The notes beneath the pieces are model-generated. The model was given only the letters and a program-made list of their open reading frames with translations, was not told where the DNA came from and did not search any database. A DNA stretch of 64,000 bases, from the NCBI GenBank assembly GCA_965220745.1, contig CBDCQT010000003.1, positions 128,001-192,000 on the forward strand, given 5' to 3'. This DNA comes from Alphaproteobacteria bacterium (GTDB lineage Bacteria > Pseudomonadota > Alphaproteobacteria > UBA828). Position numbers and translations under genes: made by a program. This document shows positions 1-9,879 of this stretch, piece by piece (position 1 is the first letter of the stretch; each line of letters opens with the position of its first letter).

Positions 1-74
1 GCTGAAATGAGAATGCTCCAGTAGCCTGACCGCGGCAGAGTTTTCTACATACGCCGGCCGGGGAGTCGGTTTCG

Positions 75-944
75 GTGAATAAAACCTCTCCGGCCGGCGG
101 CCAAACGCAGGGGTCAGAGGAAGCTCGGCCTGTCGGCGGGCAGCCTCCCACGGATGCCCTGATCGACATCAGAGACGTCAAGCTTACCTATGAGACCAAG
201 GACGGAAGGCTGCCCGTCCTCGACGGCGTCGACATGCAGGTTCCCGAGGGAGGCTTCGTGGCCGTGGTCGGCCCGTCCGGTTGCGGCAAGTCAACCCTCA
301 CGCGCCTGATCGCCGGCTTGCTGGAGCCGAACGCGGGCGAAGTCTGGCTGCACGGGGAGCGGGTGACGGGCCCGAAGTCCTCGGTCGGCATGGCGTTCCA
401 GAACCCGGTCCTGCTTGAATGGCGTTCTGTACTGCGCAACGTGACGCTGCCGCTTGAGCTCGTGGCCCCGCGCATGCCCAAGCGGGAGAAAGAGGAGCGC
501 GCGCTGCAGCTTCTGACCCTCGTCGGCCTCGAGGGATTTGAGCGCAAGCGACCGAGTGAGCTTTCGGGCGGCATGCGCCAGCGCGCCTCGCTGTGTCGTT
601 CAATTGTGCACAAGCCGGAAGTTCTGATCCTCGATGAGCCGTTCGGGGCGCTGGATGCGTTCACGCGCGAAGACCTCTGGCAGACGATGCAGAAGGTGAA
701 GTCGGAGGAGCCGTTCACCGGCGTCATGATCACGCATGATCTTCGGGAATCGATCTTTCTCGCGGATCAGGTGATCGTGCTTTCAGGCCGTCCGGCGTTC
801 ACGCAATACACGATGGATGTCCCGTGGAAGGGCGAACGGGATCTCGGCCTCCTCTACACCCCGGAGGGGACAGAAATGCTGGGAGAACTTCGGGACCAGA
901 TACAGATCGCGCAGGGCAGAGCCCCACGGGAGGAGGGCGAATGA
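75..944 (+). CDS. NitT/TauT-family ABC transporter ATP-binding protein
   Basis: Walker A GPSGCGKST, signature LSGGMRQR, Walker B LILDEPFGALD. Confidence 0.92.
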   Translation: MNKTSPAGGQTQGSEEARPVGGQPPTDALIDIRDVKLTYETKDGRLPVLDGVDMQVPEGGFVAVVGPSGCGKSTLTRLIAGLLEPNAGEVWLHGERVTGPKSSVGMAFQNPVLLEWRSVLRNVTLPLELVAPRMPKREKEERALQLLTLVGLEGFERKRPSELSGGMRQRASLCRSIVHKPEVLILDEPFGALDAFTREDLWQTMQKVKSEEPFTGVMITHDLRESIFLADQVIVLSGRPAFTQYTMDVPWKGERDLGLLYTPEGTEMLGELRDQIQIAQGRAPREEGE

Positions 945-1699
945 ACTGGCGCCTTTTTGCGCCGGTTATCGCGATCATCGTGTTCGCCCTGCTCTGGGAG
1001 GCCGTGGTTTGGGTGAACGACTGGCCCAACTACAAGATGGCCTCACCCTCGGATCTTGGACCTGCTTTCTGGAAGTTCCGCTGGCTCTTCCTTGAGTACG
1101 GATGGGACACGCTGTGGCGAACCGTGGCGGGGCTCCTTCTGTCCGTGGCCGTCGGCGTGCTTCTCGGCATGATCATGGGGCTGAACCGGACCATGCGGGA
1201 TGCGCTATACCCGCTGCTCGTCGGCTTCAACGCCATACCCAAGGCGACCGTCGTCCCCATCATCGCGCTGCTGTTCGTCGGCGCGCACGACATGAACACG
1301 ATCCTGATCGCGTTCCTGATCTCCTTCTTTCCGATCGCCGTTTCCGTCTCGATCGGGCTTTCCACTCTCGAGCCGGAATACCGTGACATCCTCGCCGCGC
1401 TCGGCGCGTCCCGATTCACGATCTTCTGGAAGATCGCGCTTCCCAAGACGCTCCCGGAGTTCTTCGGAGCCCTCAAGGTTGCGGTCACGCTTGCCTTCAT
1501 TGGCACGAACCTGATGGAGATCGTGGAACCGCATGGACGCGGCCTCGGCCATCTATTCGACAGCGGCAAGATAAGCGCGGACTATCCCCTGATGTTTGCC
1601 GTGCTCATTGCGCTCGCGGCCCTTGGCATTCTGCTCTTCTACGTTGTCGTGGTGCTGGAGCGCATATTCGCTGGCTGGGCCGAGCGCTCGCCGACGTGA
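941..1699 (+). CDS. NitT/TauT-family ABC transporter permease
   Basis: ATG at 941 overlaps the upstream stop (ATGA); several TM segments; EAA-like loop LGASRFTIFWKIALP. Confidence 0.9.
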   Translation: MNWRLFAPVIAIIVFALLWEAVVWVNDWPNYKMASPSDLGPAFWKFRWLFLEYGWDTLWRTVAGLLLSVAVGVLLGMIMGLNRTMRDALYPLLVGFNAIPKATVVPIIALLFVGAHDMNTILIAFLISFFPIAVSVSIGLSTLEPEYRDILAALGASRFTIFWKIALPKTLPEFFGALKVAVTLAFIGTNLMEIVEPHGRGLGHLFDSGKISADYPLMFAVLIALAALGILLFYVVVVLERIFAGWAERSPT

Positions 1700-1711
1700 C
1701 CCTGGTGAGAC

Positions 1712-3061
1712 ATGCGGGCTAGGATCGTGCCCGACGATTCCGCAAGGGAGGCAACGGTGGACATCGCGGCGCTACGCGCGGCCGGCGCGCGTCATCTGAT
1801 CCAGGGCGAGCTGCTCTCGGACGTGGTTCCGGCGGCGGACGGGCCGGTCTTCGTCCGCGCCGACGGCGCGGAGATCTTCGACTCCGAGGGCCAGGCCTAC
1901 TTGGACTTCAACTCGGGCCAGATGTGCTCGGCCATCGGCCACAATAATCCGCGCGTGACCCAGGCAGTGCGGGAGGGCCTGGGCACGCTGACCCACGCAA
2001 GCTCGGTCTATTTCAACGAGCCGCAGTTGCGGCTTGCCGCCCGGCTTGCCGAGACCTTCGATGCGCCGCTCAGCCGCTCGCTCTTCATCCAGTCCGGCGC
2101 CGATTCCAACGAGGCGGCGGTGCTCTTCGCCCGGCGTGCGACCGGGCGCAGCGGCGTCGGCGCGCTGCATCTGAGCTTCCACGGCTACACCGACGTGACC
2201 CGCGCCATCAGCTTTGCCGCGACCACGGGTGGCACCGGGCCCTCGATCCCGGACGTGCACGCGATCCCCGCGCCCTACGCCTACCGCTCGCCGGTGGGGG
2301 CGGAGGGCGACGAGTGGTGGGCGCCGCTGCTCGCCATCGCCTTCGACCTGCTCGACCGCGAGTGCCCGAACAATCTCGCGGCCGTCATCGCCGAGCCCCT
2401 GATCAGCGCGGGCGGGGTGATCGAGATGCCGCCCGGCTACCTCGAGGCGCTGAAGGCGGGGCTGGAGACGCGCGGTGCGCTGTTGATCCTGGACGAGGCG
2501 CAGACCGGGCTCGGAAAGCTCGGCACCCTCTACGCCTACCAGCAGCACGGCGTGGTGCCGGACATCATGACGCTGTCAAAGCACTTCGGCGGCGGCCTCC
2601 CCATCAGCGCCATGGTGACGACGGACGCGATCGCCGAGCGCGCGCTTGCGGGCGGGCTCACCTTCGGCCATTCGCATTCTTCCGATCCCATCGCCTGCAC
2701 GGCGGGCCTCGCCAGCCTGGACGAAATCCTGATCGAGGATCTGCCCGCCAAGGCGCGGGCCATCGGCACCTACTGGCAGGCGCGCATGGAAAGCCTGCAG
2801 CAGCGCTTCCCCATGATCGGAGACGTGCGCGGCAAGGGCTGCCTGCAGGGCGTGGAGCTGGTGCGCGACCGCGCAACCAAGGAGCCCGCGAGCGAAGAGG
2901 CACAGGAGATTTACCGCGAAAGCCTGGGCGAGGGGCTGCTGTTCTCGGTACGCGGCCAGCATCGCAACGTGCTCCGCTTCGTGCCGCCCTTCTGCACCAG
3001 CGAGACGCAGATCGACCGCGCCGTCGCGATCCTGGAACGCGCGCTCGCGCGCCACGGCTGA
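1712..3061 (+). CDS. Class III PLP aminotransferase, 2,2-dialkylglycine decarboxylase-like (probable start GTG 1757)
   Basis: YLDFNSGQMCSAIGH, AEPLISAGGVIE, LILDEAQTGLG and TLSKHFG (PLP lysine) resemble DgdA motifs. Confidence 0.85.
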   Translation: MRARIVPDDSAREATVDIAALRAAGARHLIQGELLSDVVPAADGPVFVRADGAEIFDSEGQAYLDFNSGQMCSAIGHNNPRVTQAVREGLGTLTHASSVYFNEPQLRLAARLAETFDAPLSRSLFIQSGADSNEAAVLFARRATGRSGVGALHLSFHGYTDVTRAISFAATTGGTGPSIPDVHAIPAPYAYRSPVGAEGDEWWAPLLAIAFDLLDRECPNNLAAVIAEPLISAGGVIEMPPGYLEALKAGLETRGALLILDEAQTGLGKLGTLYAYQQHGVVPDIMTLSKHFGGGLPISAMVTTDAIAERALAGGLTFGHSHSSDPIACTAGLASLDEILIEDLPAKARAIGTYWQARMESLQQRFPMIGDVRGKGCLQGVELVRDRATKEPASEEAQEIYRESLGEGLLFSVRGQHRNVLRFVPPFCTSETQIDRAVAILERALARHG

Positions 3062-3115
3062 GTCAGTGATGGTGTTGATTCGCGGCTTGGCCCGATCGGC
3101 CGGCAGGGCTCGCAC

Positions 3116-4318
3116 ATGAGCAGGCCCACCGCAGGCGTACTCGCGCTCGTTCTCTGCGCGGCCTTGGTGCTGACCATCAGCAACGGGCTCCGCAGCAGCT
3201 TCGGCCTCTTCCTTACGCCGATGAGCCTCGACATCGGCATCTCCCGCGAGACCTTCGCGCTGGCCATCGCGATCCAGGGCCTCGTCTGGGGCATCAGCCA
3301 GCCCATCTTCGGCGCGCTCGCCGATCGCCACGGGGCGGTGCCGGTCGTCCTGCTCGGGATCGTGATCTACGTCGTGGGCCTGCTGTGGATGGCCTGGGCC
3401 GACGGCGCGCTTGGGCTGCACCTGAGCCAGGGCGTGCTCGTCGCCCTCGGCATCAGCGCCACCGGGTTCGCGGTGGTGCTTGGCCCGGTGGGGCGCGCCG
3501 TGCCGCCGGAGCGGCGCAGCATGGCGCTCGGCATCGCGGCAGCCGGCGGCTCCTTCGGACAGTTCGCACTAGCCCCGGTCGGCGGCGCCTTGATCGACGG
3601 CGTCGGCTGGTCCATGGCGCTGATTGCCTACTGCGGGATCGCGGCGATGATGGTTCCCTGCCTGATCGGCATGCGCGGCAGCCACAGGCCGCCCGAGGGC
3701 AGCGCCCAAACGCTGAGCGAAGCGCTCGCCGAGGCCCGCGCCCACAGCGGCTTCTGGCTGCTCTGCGGCGGCTTCTTCGTCTGCGGCTTCCACGTCTACT
3801 TCATCGCGACCCACCTGCCGCCCTTCATCACCGACGCGGGGCTTGCGCCGATGGTGGGAGCAACGGCGATCGCCGTGATCGGGCTCGGCAACATCGTCGG
3901 CACCTTCGCCGCCGGCTGGCTCGGCGACCGGCACCGCAAGAAGTACGTGCTCTCGCTTTTCTACCTTGGCCGCGCGGCGGTCCTCGGAATCTTCCTCGTG
4001 GCGCCGGTAACCGAGGCGAGCGTTCTCGTGTTCTCCGCGCTGATGGGCCTGCTCTGGCTTGGCACCGTGCCGCTTACCAGCGGCCTCGTCGCCCAAATAT
4101 TCGGGCCTCGCTACCTTGGCGCGCTCTTCGGCATCGTGTTCTTCAGCCACCAGCTCGGCTCCTTCCTCGGCGCCTGGCTCGGCGGCTACGTGTACGACAC
4201 GACCGGCTCCTACGACGCGGTGTGGATGGCTGCGGTGGCGCTGGGCGTGGCGGCGGCGGTGCTGCACTGGCCGATCCGCGACCGGCCGCTCGTGCGGCAC
4301 GAGGTCGGTGCGGCGTAG
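3116..4318 (+). CDS. MFS transporter
   Basis: About 12 hydrophobic segments; motif GALADRHG. Confidence 0.9.
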   Translation: MSRPTAGVLALVLCAALVLTISNGLRSSFGLFLTPMSLDIGISRETFALAIAIQGLVWGISQPIFGALADRHGAVPVVLLGIVIYVVGLLWMAWADGALGLHLSQGVLVALGISATGFAVVLGPVGRAVPPERRSMALGIAAAGGSFGQFALAPVGGALIDGVGWSMALIAYCGIAAMMVPCLIGMRGSHRPPEGSAQTLSEALAEARAHSGFWLLCGGFFVCGFHVYFIATHLPPFITDAGLAPMVGATAIAVIGLGNIVGTFAAGWLGDRHRKKYVLSLFYLGRAAVLGIFLVAPVTEASVLVFSALMGLLWLGTVPLTSGLVAQIFGPRYLGALFGIVFFSHQLGSFLGAWLGGYVYDTTGSYDAVWMAAVALGVAAAVLHWPIRDRPLVRHEVGAA

Positions 4319-4383
4319 CCTGGACTGGAGCGAATAACGATAAGTTGCTTGGCGCGTCAGGCGCTGCGGGTTTACGCTGGCGC

Positions 4384-4962
4384 ATGGTGCCCTGGAGACG
4401 CTGCCTGCGATGCCTGCCTGCGCTGGCACTCGCGCTGCTGCTGGCGCTCGGCGCTACGGGGACTGCCTTGGCGGATCAGAACGACCCAGCGCTGGACGGC
4501 CTCTTCCGCGACCTCAAGGCCGCACAGAGCCCGCAGCTGGTGCGCCAGATCGAGGCGCAGATCTGGGCGCGGTGGTTCGACACCGGCTCCGAAAAGATGG
4601 ACCGGATGCTCCGGGCCGGCGATATCGCGCTCTCCACGGGTCAGTACAACCGGTCGTACGCAATCCTTAACGGAGTCATCGAACTCCGGCCCGACCTTTC
4701 CGAAGGCTGGAACCGCCGCGCGACGCTGCGCTACCTGATGGGCGACTACGAGGGCTCGATCGCCGACATCGGCGAGACCCTCAAGCGCGAGCCGCGCCAC
4801 TTCGGCGCTCTCTCTGGTTTGGGTCTTTGCCAGCTCAGGCTCGGCAACGAGGAGGAGGCGCTCGACGCGTTCGAGCAGGCGCTGATCCATAACCCCCACA
4901 TGCAGGGCGTGAAGCGAAACGTTAAGGAGCTTCGCGACCGACTCGGCCGCCACGCGATCTGA
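4384..4962 (+). CDS. Secreted tetratricopeptide repeat protein (start approximate)
   Basis: C-terminal part of ORF 3385..4962; signal peptide and TPR motifs EGWNRRATLRY, EPRHFGALSGLG. Confidence 0.8.
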   Translation: MVPWRRCLRCLPALALALLLALGATGTALADQNDPALDGLFRDLKAAQSPQLVRQIEAQIWARWFDTGSEKMDRMLRAGDIALSTGQYNRSYAILNGVIELRPDLSEGWNRRATLRYLMGDYEGSIADIGETLKREPRHFGALSGLGLCQLRLGNEEEALDAFEQALIHNPHMQGVKRNVKELRDRLGRHAI

Positions 4963-4982
4963 ACGCGCTGCGCGGGCGCCAC

Positions 4983-6428
4983 TTAGCGCCGCAATGCCCG
5001 GCCTGGCCGCTCGCCGGTGGTCTGGCCCACCTCGCGCACGATGGTGCCGTTCACCATGACGATGTCGATACCGGCGGCGGGCCGCGTCGGTGTCTCGAAG
5101 GTGGCTTGGTCGGCGATTGTCTCCGCGTCAAACATCACGAGGTCGGCATGGGCGCCGGCGCGCACCTCGCCGCGATCGATGAGGCCGAACTGGGCGGCGG
5201 TGAGCCCGGTCATGCGGCGCACCGCGTCCTCCAGGGTGAGCAGACCGAGCTCGCGCGCGTAGTGGCCGAGCACGCGCGGGAAGGTGCCCCAGAGCCTGGG
5301 GTGCGGGTGGCGGTCGTGGGGCAGGCCGTCGGAGCCGATCATGCTGTGCTCGTAGGCGATGATGCGGCGTACATCGGCTTCGTCCATCATGAAGTAGATG
5401 CCGCCCGCCGGCTGCAGCTTCGGCACGGCGGCCACTGGATCGAGGCCGAGCGCGGCGGCCACGTCTTCGAGGTCCTGGCCCGCATACTCCGGATGCGGCT
5501 CGGACCAGGTGACGATCACGCGCTCCGCTTTCTCCACCATGTCCGCCAGCAGCACCGTGGAGCCCGCGGTGTAGGGGTAGACGTCGAGGCCGACCGCCTG
5601 GGTCTCGCGGGTCTTCTCGATCAGCGCGAGCGTGTCGCGGCTCCGCCCGAAATTCTGCCGCCCGGCGCACTTGTGGTGGGAGATGACGACGCCGGCGCCG
5701 GCGCGGCGGCCGATCTCGAAGGCTTCCTCCATCGCCTCCTCGACGCCGTTGTGCTCGTTGCGCATGTGGGTGACGTAGAGGCCGCCGGCGGCGCCCGCGA
5801 CCTCCGCCACCGCCGCGACTTCGTCGGTGGTCGCCGCCTTGTTGGGGCCGTAGATGAGCCCGGTGCTGAAGCCGAGCGCCCCGGCCTCCATCCCTTCGGC
5901 CAGCCGTTCGCGCATGGCGTCGATCTCGCCGGCCGTGGCCGGGCGGTCGACATCGTCCATGGTGTCGAGGCGGAGCGCCGAATGGCCGACCAGAAGGCCG
6001 GCGTTGGCAGCTGGCGGCGTTTCGTCCAGCGTCGCCACATAGTCGGAGAAGCGCGGGTAGCGGAAGTCGGCGGGCGGGCCGAGCAGGTCGAGCGGCGGCG
6101 GTACAGGTCGGCCGGGCGCGAGCGGCGCGAGGCTCACCCCGCAGTTGCCCGCGATCACCGTGGTGACGCCCTGGCTGGTCTTGGGTGTCACGTCCGGGTC
6201 CACCAGCAACAGGTTGTCGTCGTGGGTGTGAGCGTCGATGAAGCCCGGCGAGACAATGCGCCCGGTCGCATCGATGGTGCGTGCGGCCTTTGCGCCTGCC
6301 AGATCCCCCACGGCAGCGATCCGGTCGCCCGCGACGGCGACATCGGCCCGCACGCGCGGCGCGCCCGTACCGTCGATCACCGTACCGCCCGTGAAGAGGA
6401 CGTCGTACTGCTGCCCCGCCGCCGCCAT
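4983..6428 (-). CDS. N-acyl-D-amino-acid deacylase (D-aminoacylase)
   Basis: PGFIDAHTHDD, GNCGVS, THMRNE, ISHHK, GSDG, HPRLWGTFPR. Confidence 0.92.
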   Translation of the reverse strand: MAAAGQQYDVLFTGGTVIDGTGAPRVRADVAVAGDRIAAVGDLAGAKAARTIDATGRIVSPGFIDAHTHDDNLLLVDPDVTPKTSQGVTTVIAGNCGVSLAPLAPGRPVPPPLDLLGPPADFRYPRFSDYVATLDETPPAANAGLLVGHSALRLDTMDDVDRPATAGEIDAMRERLAEGMEAGALGFSTGLIYGPNKAATTDEVAAVAEVAGAAGGLYVTHMRNEHNGVEEAMEEAFEIGRRAGAGVVISHHKCAGRQNFGRSRDTLALIEKTRETQAVGLDVYPYTAGSTVLLADMVEKAERVIVTWSEPHPEYAGQDLEDVAAALGLDPVAAVPKLQPAGGIYFMMDEADVRRIIAYEHSMIGSDGLPHDRHPHPRLWGTFPRVLGHYARELGLLTLEDAVRRMTGLTAAQFGLIDRGEVRAGAHADLVMFDAETIADQATFETPTRPAAGIDIVMVNGTIVREVGQTTGERPGRALRR

Positions 6429-6464
6429 CGCCGCCTCCCGCTCTCGCCTGCCGTCGGTGGGACC

Positions 6465-6698
6465 ATGACGGCGGCGCCCACCCGTGACAACAGGCTTTGG
6501 TCTCTGCGGGAGCGGCTAGTATGGTGCCGCTCGATGAAGGAAGAACTGCGCCCAATCCCCAGCGATGCTGACGAAAGAGAACCCGCTCCCACCAAGGGGC
6601 TGGGGACGGCGCTGCATGCGCTCTTCAGACCTCTTGGAGGCGTAGAGCTCGAGCTTCCGCCGCGTGAGCCGATGCGCGAGCCGCGTCGGTTCGACTGA
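6465..6698 (+). pseudogene. FitA/StbC-like antitoxin remnant (degenerate N-terminus, no toxin partner)
   Basis: C-terminus RSMKEELR...LGTALHALFRPLGGVELELPPREPMREPRRFD resembles FitA-type antitoxin tails; RHH N-terminus not recognisable. Confidence 0.5.
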
Positions 6699-6705
6699 TG
6701 CGTGC

Positions 6706-7410
6706 ATGAGCGGCGACAGCACGGACACGAAGGACGGCGCGGGGGCCGATCTCGCGGCGCTGCAGTTCGGCGATAGCTTCTTCCCGAGCGGCGCGGTGTC
6801 CTTCTCGCTCGGGCTGGAGACGCTCCATGCCGACGGCATCGTGACGGATGCGGCTTCGCTCGAAGAGTTCCTCACCGACCAGGTGTTGGAGCGCTGGGCC
6901 ACGGCCGAACGTGCCTTCCTTGCCGCCGCCCATCAAGCCTGCCCGGACTGGCCGGCGGTCGCCGAGATCGACGCCCTGCAGGAGGCAATGACCCCGCCGC
7001 GCGAGCTGCGCGAGGGCTCGCGCAAGGGTGGTGCCGCGCTGCTCGGTGTCCACGCGCGCATGGAGACGCCGGGTGCCCAGGCCTACCGCGAACGGCTGCG
7101 CGCCGGCGACGCGCACGGCCATCTCGCCGTGGTCCAGGGCGTGGTGCTCAAGGGCGCCGGCCTCGACCTCGCCCGCACCGAGGCGGTGAGCCTGCACGGG
7201 CACTGCGCGATGATCCTGGGTGCCGCGCTCAGGCTCGGCTTGATCGGCCACCTCGACGGGCAGATCATGCTGCGCGGGCTTAGGCCCCGGATGGCGGCGC
7301 TCCTGGCCGAGCCGGCGCCCGGCCCCGACGAAGCGCGCTCCTACGCGCCGCTCGCCGATGTCGCCGCCGCCCGCCACGAGGAAGCGGCGGTCCGACTCTT
7401 CAGCAACTGA
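6706..7410 (+). CDS. ureF: Urease accessory protein UreF
   Basis: LQFGDSFFPSGAVSFSLGLE at the N-terminus and HEEAAVRLFSN at the C-terminus. Confidence 0.88.
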   Translation: MSGDSTDTKDGAGADLAALQFGDSFFPSGAVSFSLGLETLHADGIVTDAASLEEFLTDQVLERWATAERAFLAAAHQACPDWPAVAEIDALQEAMTPPRELREGSRKGGAALLGVHARMETPGAQAYRERLRAGDAHGHLAVVQGVVLKGAGLDLARTEAVSLHGHCAMILGAALRLGLIGHLDGQIMLRGLRPRMAALLAEPAPGPDEARSYAPLADVAAARHEEAAVRLFSN

Positions 7411-7425
7411 CCAGGGTGGCCCACA

Positions 7426-8121
7426 ATGCTGTTGACACCGACCGAGATGGAGCGGCTGACGATCTACACCGCCGCCGAGCTCGCGCGAAAGCGCCGAGCG
7501 CGCGGGCTCGCCCTCAACCACCCGGAAGCCGTGGCGCTGATCAGCGACGAGATTCTTGAAGGCGCCCGCGACGGACGCTCGGTGGCGGAGCTGATCGAAC
7601 ATGGCGCCACAATCCTCACCACCGACGATGTCATGCCCGGCGTCGCCGAGATGATGCCGGTGCTGCAGGTGGAGGGCACCTTCCCCGACGGCACCAAGCT
7701 GGTCACGGTCCACGAGCCGATCCGCCCCGGCAAGAGGGCGCGGGACGAAAGCGTGTGGCCGGGCGAGATCATCCCGGCGGAGGGCGAGATCGAGATCAAC
7801 GCAGGCCGGCCGACCGCCACGGTCGCCGTCACCAACACCGGCGACCGGCCGGTTCAGATCGGTAGCCACTACCACTTCTTCGAGGTGAACAGGCATCTCG
7901 ACTTCGACCGCGCAGCCGCCTTCGGCATGCGCCTCGACATCCCGGCCGGCACCGCGGTGCGCTTCGCGCCGGGCGAGACGAAGGAGGTGACGCTGGTCGA
8001 ATTCGGCGGCAGCGGCGAGATGGTGGGGCTCAACGACCTCACTCAGGGCTCGCGGCGCTCCGAGAGCGTCAAGCAGGAGGCGCTCGCCCGTGCCCGCGCC
8101 CGCGGCTTCAAGGGGGCTTGA
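7426..8121 (+). CDS. ureAB: Fused urease gamma/beta subunit
   Basis: [38 protein letters not shown] (gamma) followed by [19 protein letters not shown] (beta). Confidence 0.93.
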   Translation: MLLTPTEMERLTIYTAAELARKRRARGLALNHPEAVALISDEILEGARDGRSVAELIEHGATILTTDDVMPGVAEMMPVLQVEGTFPDGTKLVTVHEPIRPGKRARDESVWPGEIIPAEGEIEINAGRPTATVAVTNTGDRPVQIGSHYHFFEVNRHLDFDRAAAFGMRLDIPAGTAVRFAPGETKEVTLVEFGGSGEMVGLNDLTQGSRRSESVKQEALARARARGFKGA

Positions 8122-8124
8122 GCG

Positions 8125-9837
8125 ATGGCACGGATGAGCAGGGCGGAGTACGCGGCGCTCTACGGGCCCACGACCGGCGATTGCGTACGGCTCGGCGACA
8201 GCGAGTTATTGGCCGAGATCGAGCACGACCACGGCGTGCCAGGCGAGGAGTGCCTGCACGGCGGCGGCAAGACTCTGCGGGACGGCATCGGCCTCGTCGC
8301 TGGGCTCGACAGCGCGGCTGGCTCGCTCGACATGCTGGTCTCCAACGCCGTCGTCATCGATCCGGTTCTCGGCATCGTCAAGGGCGACATCGGCATCAAG
8401 GAGGGCCTCATCGCCGGCGTCGGCAAGGCCGGCAATCCGGCGGTGATGGACGGGGTGGACCCCAATTTGCTCTGCGGCGCCGCGACCACGGTGCGCGATG
8501 CGGAAGGGCTGATCGCGACGCCGGGCGGCATCGACGTCCACGTCCACTTTGACAGCGCGCAGCTTTGCGAGCACGCGATCTCGAGCGGCGTCACGACGAT
8601 GCTGGGCGGCTCGCTCGGGCCGATCACCGTCGGCATCGACTGCGGCGGCGCCTGGAACGTCGGCAAGATGCTGCAGGCGGCCGAATCCTGGCCGCTCAAT
8701 TTCGGCTTCCTCGGGCGCGGCAACTCGGCCAAGCCACTCTCGCTGGTCGACCAGATCGCCGGCGGCTGCATGGGGCTCAAGATTCACGAGGACTGGGGCG
8801 CCATGCCGGCGGCGATCGATACCTGCCTCGGCGTCGCCGACGAGATGGACTTCCAGGTCCAGCTCCATACCGACACGCTCAACGAGAGCGGCTTTCTGGA
8901 GGAGACGCTGGCTGCCATCAGGGGCCGCACCATCCACATGTACCACGCCGAAGGCGCCGGCGGCGGGCACGCGCCCGACATCATCCGCATTACCGGCGAG
9001 CCCAACTGCCTGCCGTCGTCGACCAACCCCACCAACCCCTACACGCGCAACACCTTCGACGAACACCTCGACATGATCATGGTCTGCCACCACCTGAACC
9101 CGGCGGTGCCCGAGGACGTGGCCTTCGCCGAGAGCAGGATTCGCGCGCAGACCATCGCCGCCGAGGACGTGCTGCACGATATCGGCGCGATCTCGATGCT
9201 GGGCTCGGACAGCCAGGGGATGGGGCGGATCAACGAGGTCATCTGCCGCACCTGGCAGCTTGCGTCCAAGATGCGGCGCCAGCGCGGCCGGCTCGCGTCG
9301 GAGCAGACCGCCATGGGCGATAACGAGCGGATCAAGCGCTACATCGCGAAGTACACCATCAACGCGGCACGCACCTTCGGCATCGACCGCCACATCGGCT
9401 CGCTGGAGCCGGGCAAGCTCGCGGACGTGGTGCTCTGGCGCCCGGCCTTCTTCGGCATCAAGCCGGAGCTGGTGATCAAGGGCGGCTTCATCGTGTGGTC
9501 GGCGATGGGCGACAGCGCGGCTTCGCTGATGACCTGCGAGCCGTTGCTGATGCGCCCGCAATGGGGTGCCTTCGGCCGGGCCAAGGAGGCGCTGAGCCTG
9601 AGCTTCGTCTCTCAGGCGGCGGCCGATGCCGATATCGACGGCAGGCTCCGGCTGAAAAGCCGCACCGTGCCTGTACAGGGCACGCGCAAGCTCGCCAAGG
9701 GCCACATGCTCCACAACGGCGCCTGCCCCGAGGTGACGGTCGACCCCGAGACCTTCGAGGTGCGGGTCGACGGCGAGCTCGCGACCTGCGAGCCGGCCGA
9801 CAAGCTGCCGCTCGCCCAGCGCTACATGCTGCGCTAG
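8125..9837 (+). CDS. ureC: Urease alpha subunit, divergent paralogue
   Basis: [55 protein letters not shown]. Confidence 0.92.
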   Translation: MARMSRAEYAALYGPTTGDCVRLGDSELLAEIEHDHGVPGEECLHGGGKTLRDGIGLVAGLDSAAGSLDMLVSNAVVIDPVLGIVKGDIGIKEGLIAGVGKAGNPAVMDGVDPNLLCGAATTVRDAEGLIATPGGIDVHVHFDSAQLCEHAISSGVTTMLGGSLGPITVGIDCGGAWNVGKMLQAAESWPLNFGFLGRGNSAKPLSLVDQIAGGCMGLKIHEDWGAMPAAIDTCLGVADEMDFQVQLHTDTLNESGFLEETLAAIRGRTIHMYHAEGAGGGHAPDIIRITGEPNCLPSSTNPTNPYTRNTFDEHLDMIMVCHHLNPAVPEDVAFAESRIRAQTIAAEDVLHDIGAISMLGSDSQGMGRINEVICRTWQLASKMRRQRGRLASEQTAMGDNERIKRYIAKYTINAARTFGIDRHIGSLEPGKLADVVLWRPAFFGIKPELVIKGGFIVWSAMGDSAASLMTCEPLLMRPQWGAFGRAKEALSLSFVSQAAADADIDGRLRLKSRTVPVQGTRKLAKGHMLHNGACPEVTVDPETFEVRVDGELATCEPADKLPLAQRYMLR

Positions 9838-9879
9838 GGCGCGCCGCGAGGGAGCCGGGGCACGCGCAGGAGCCGGGAT

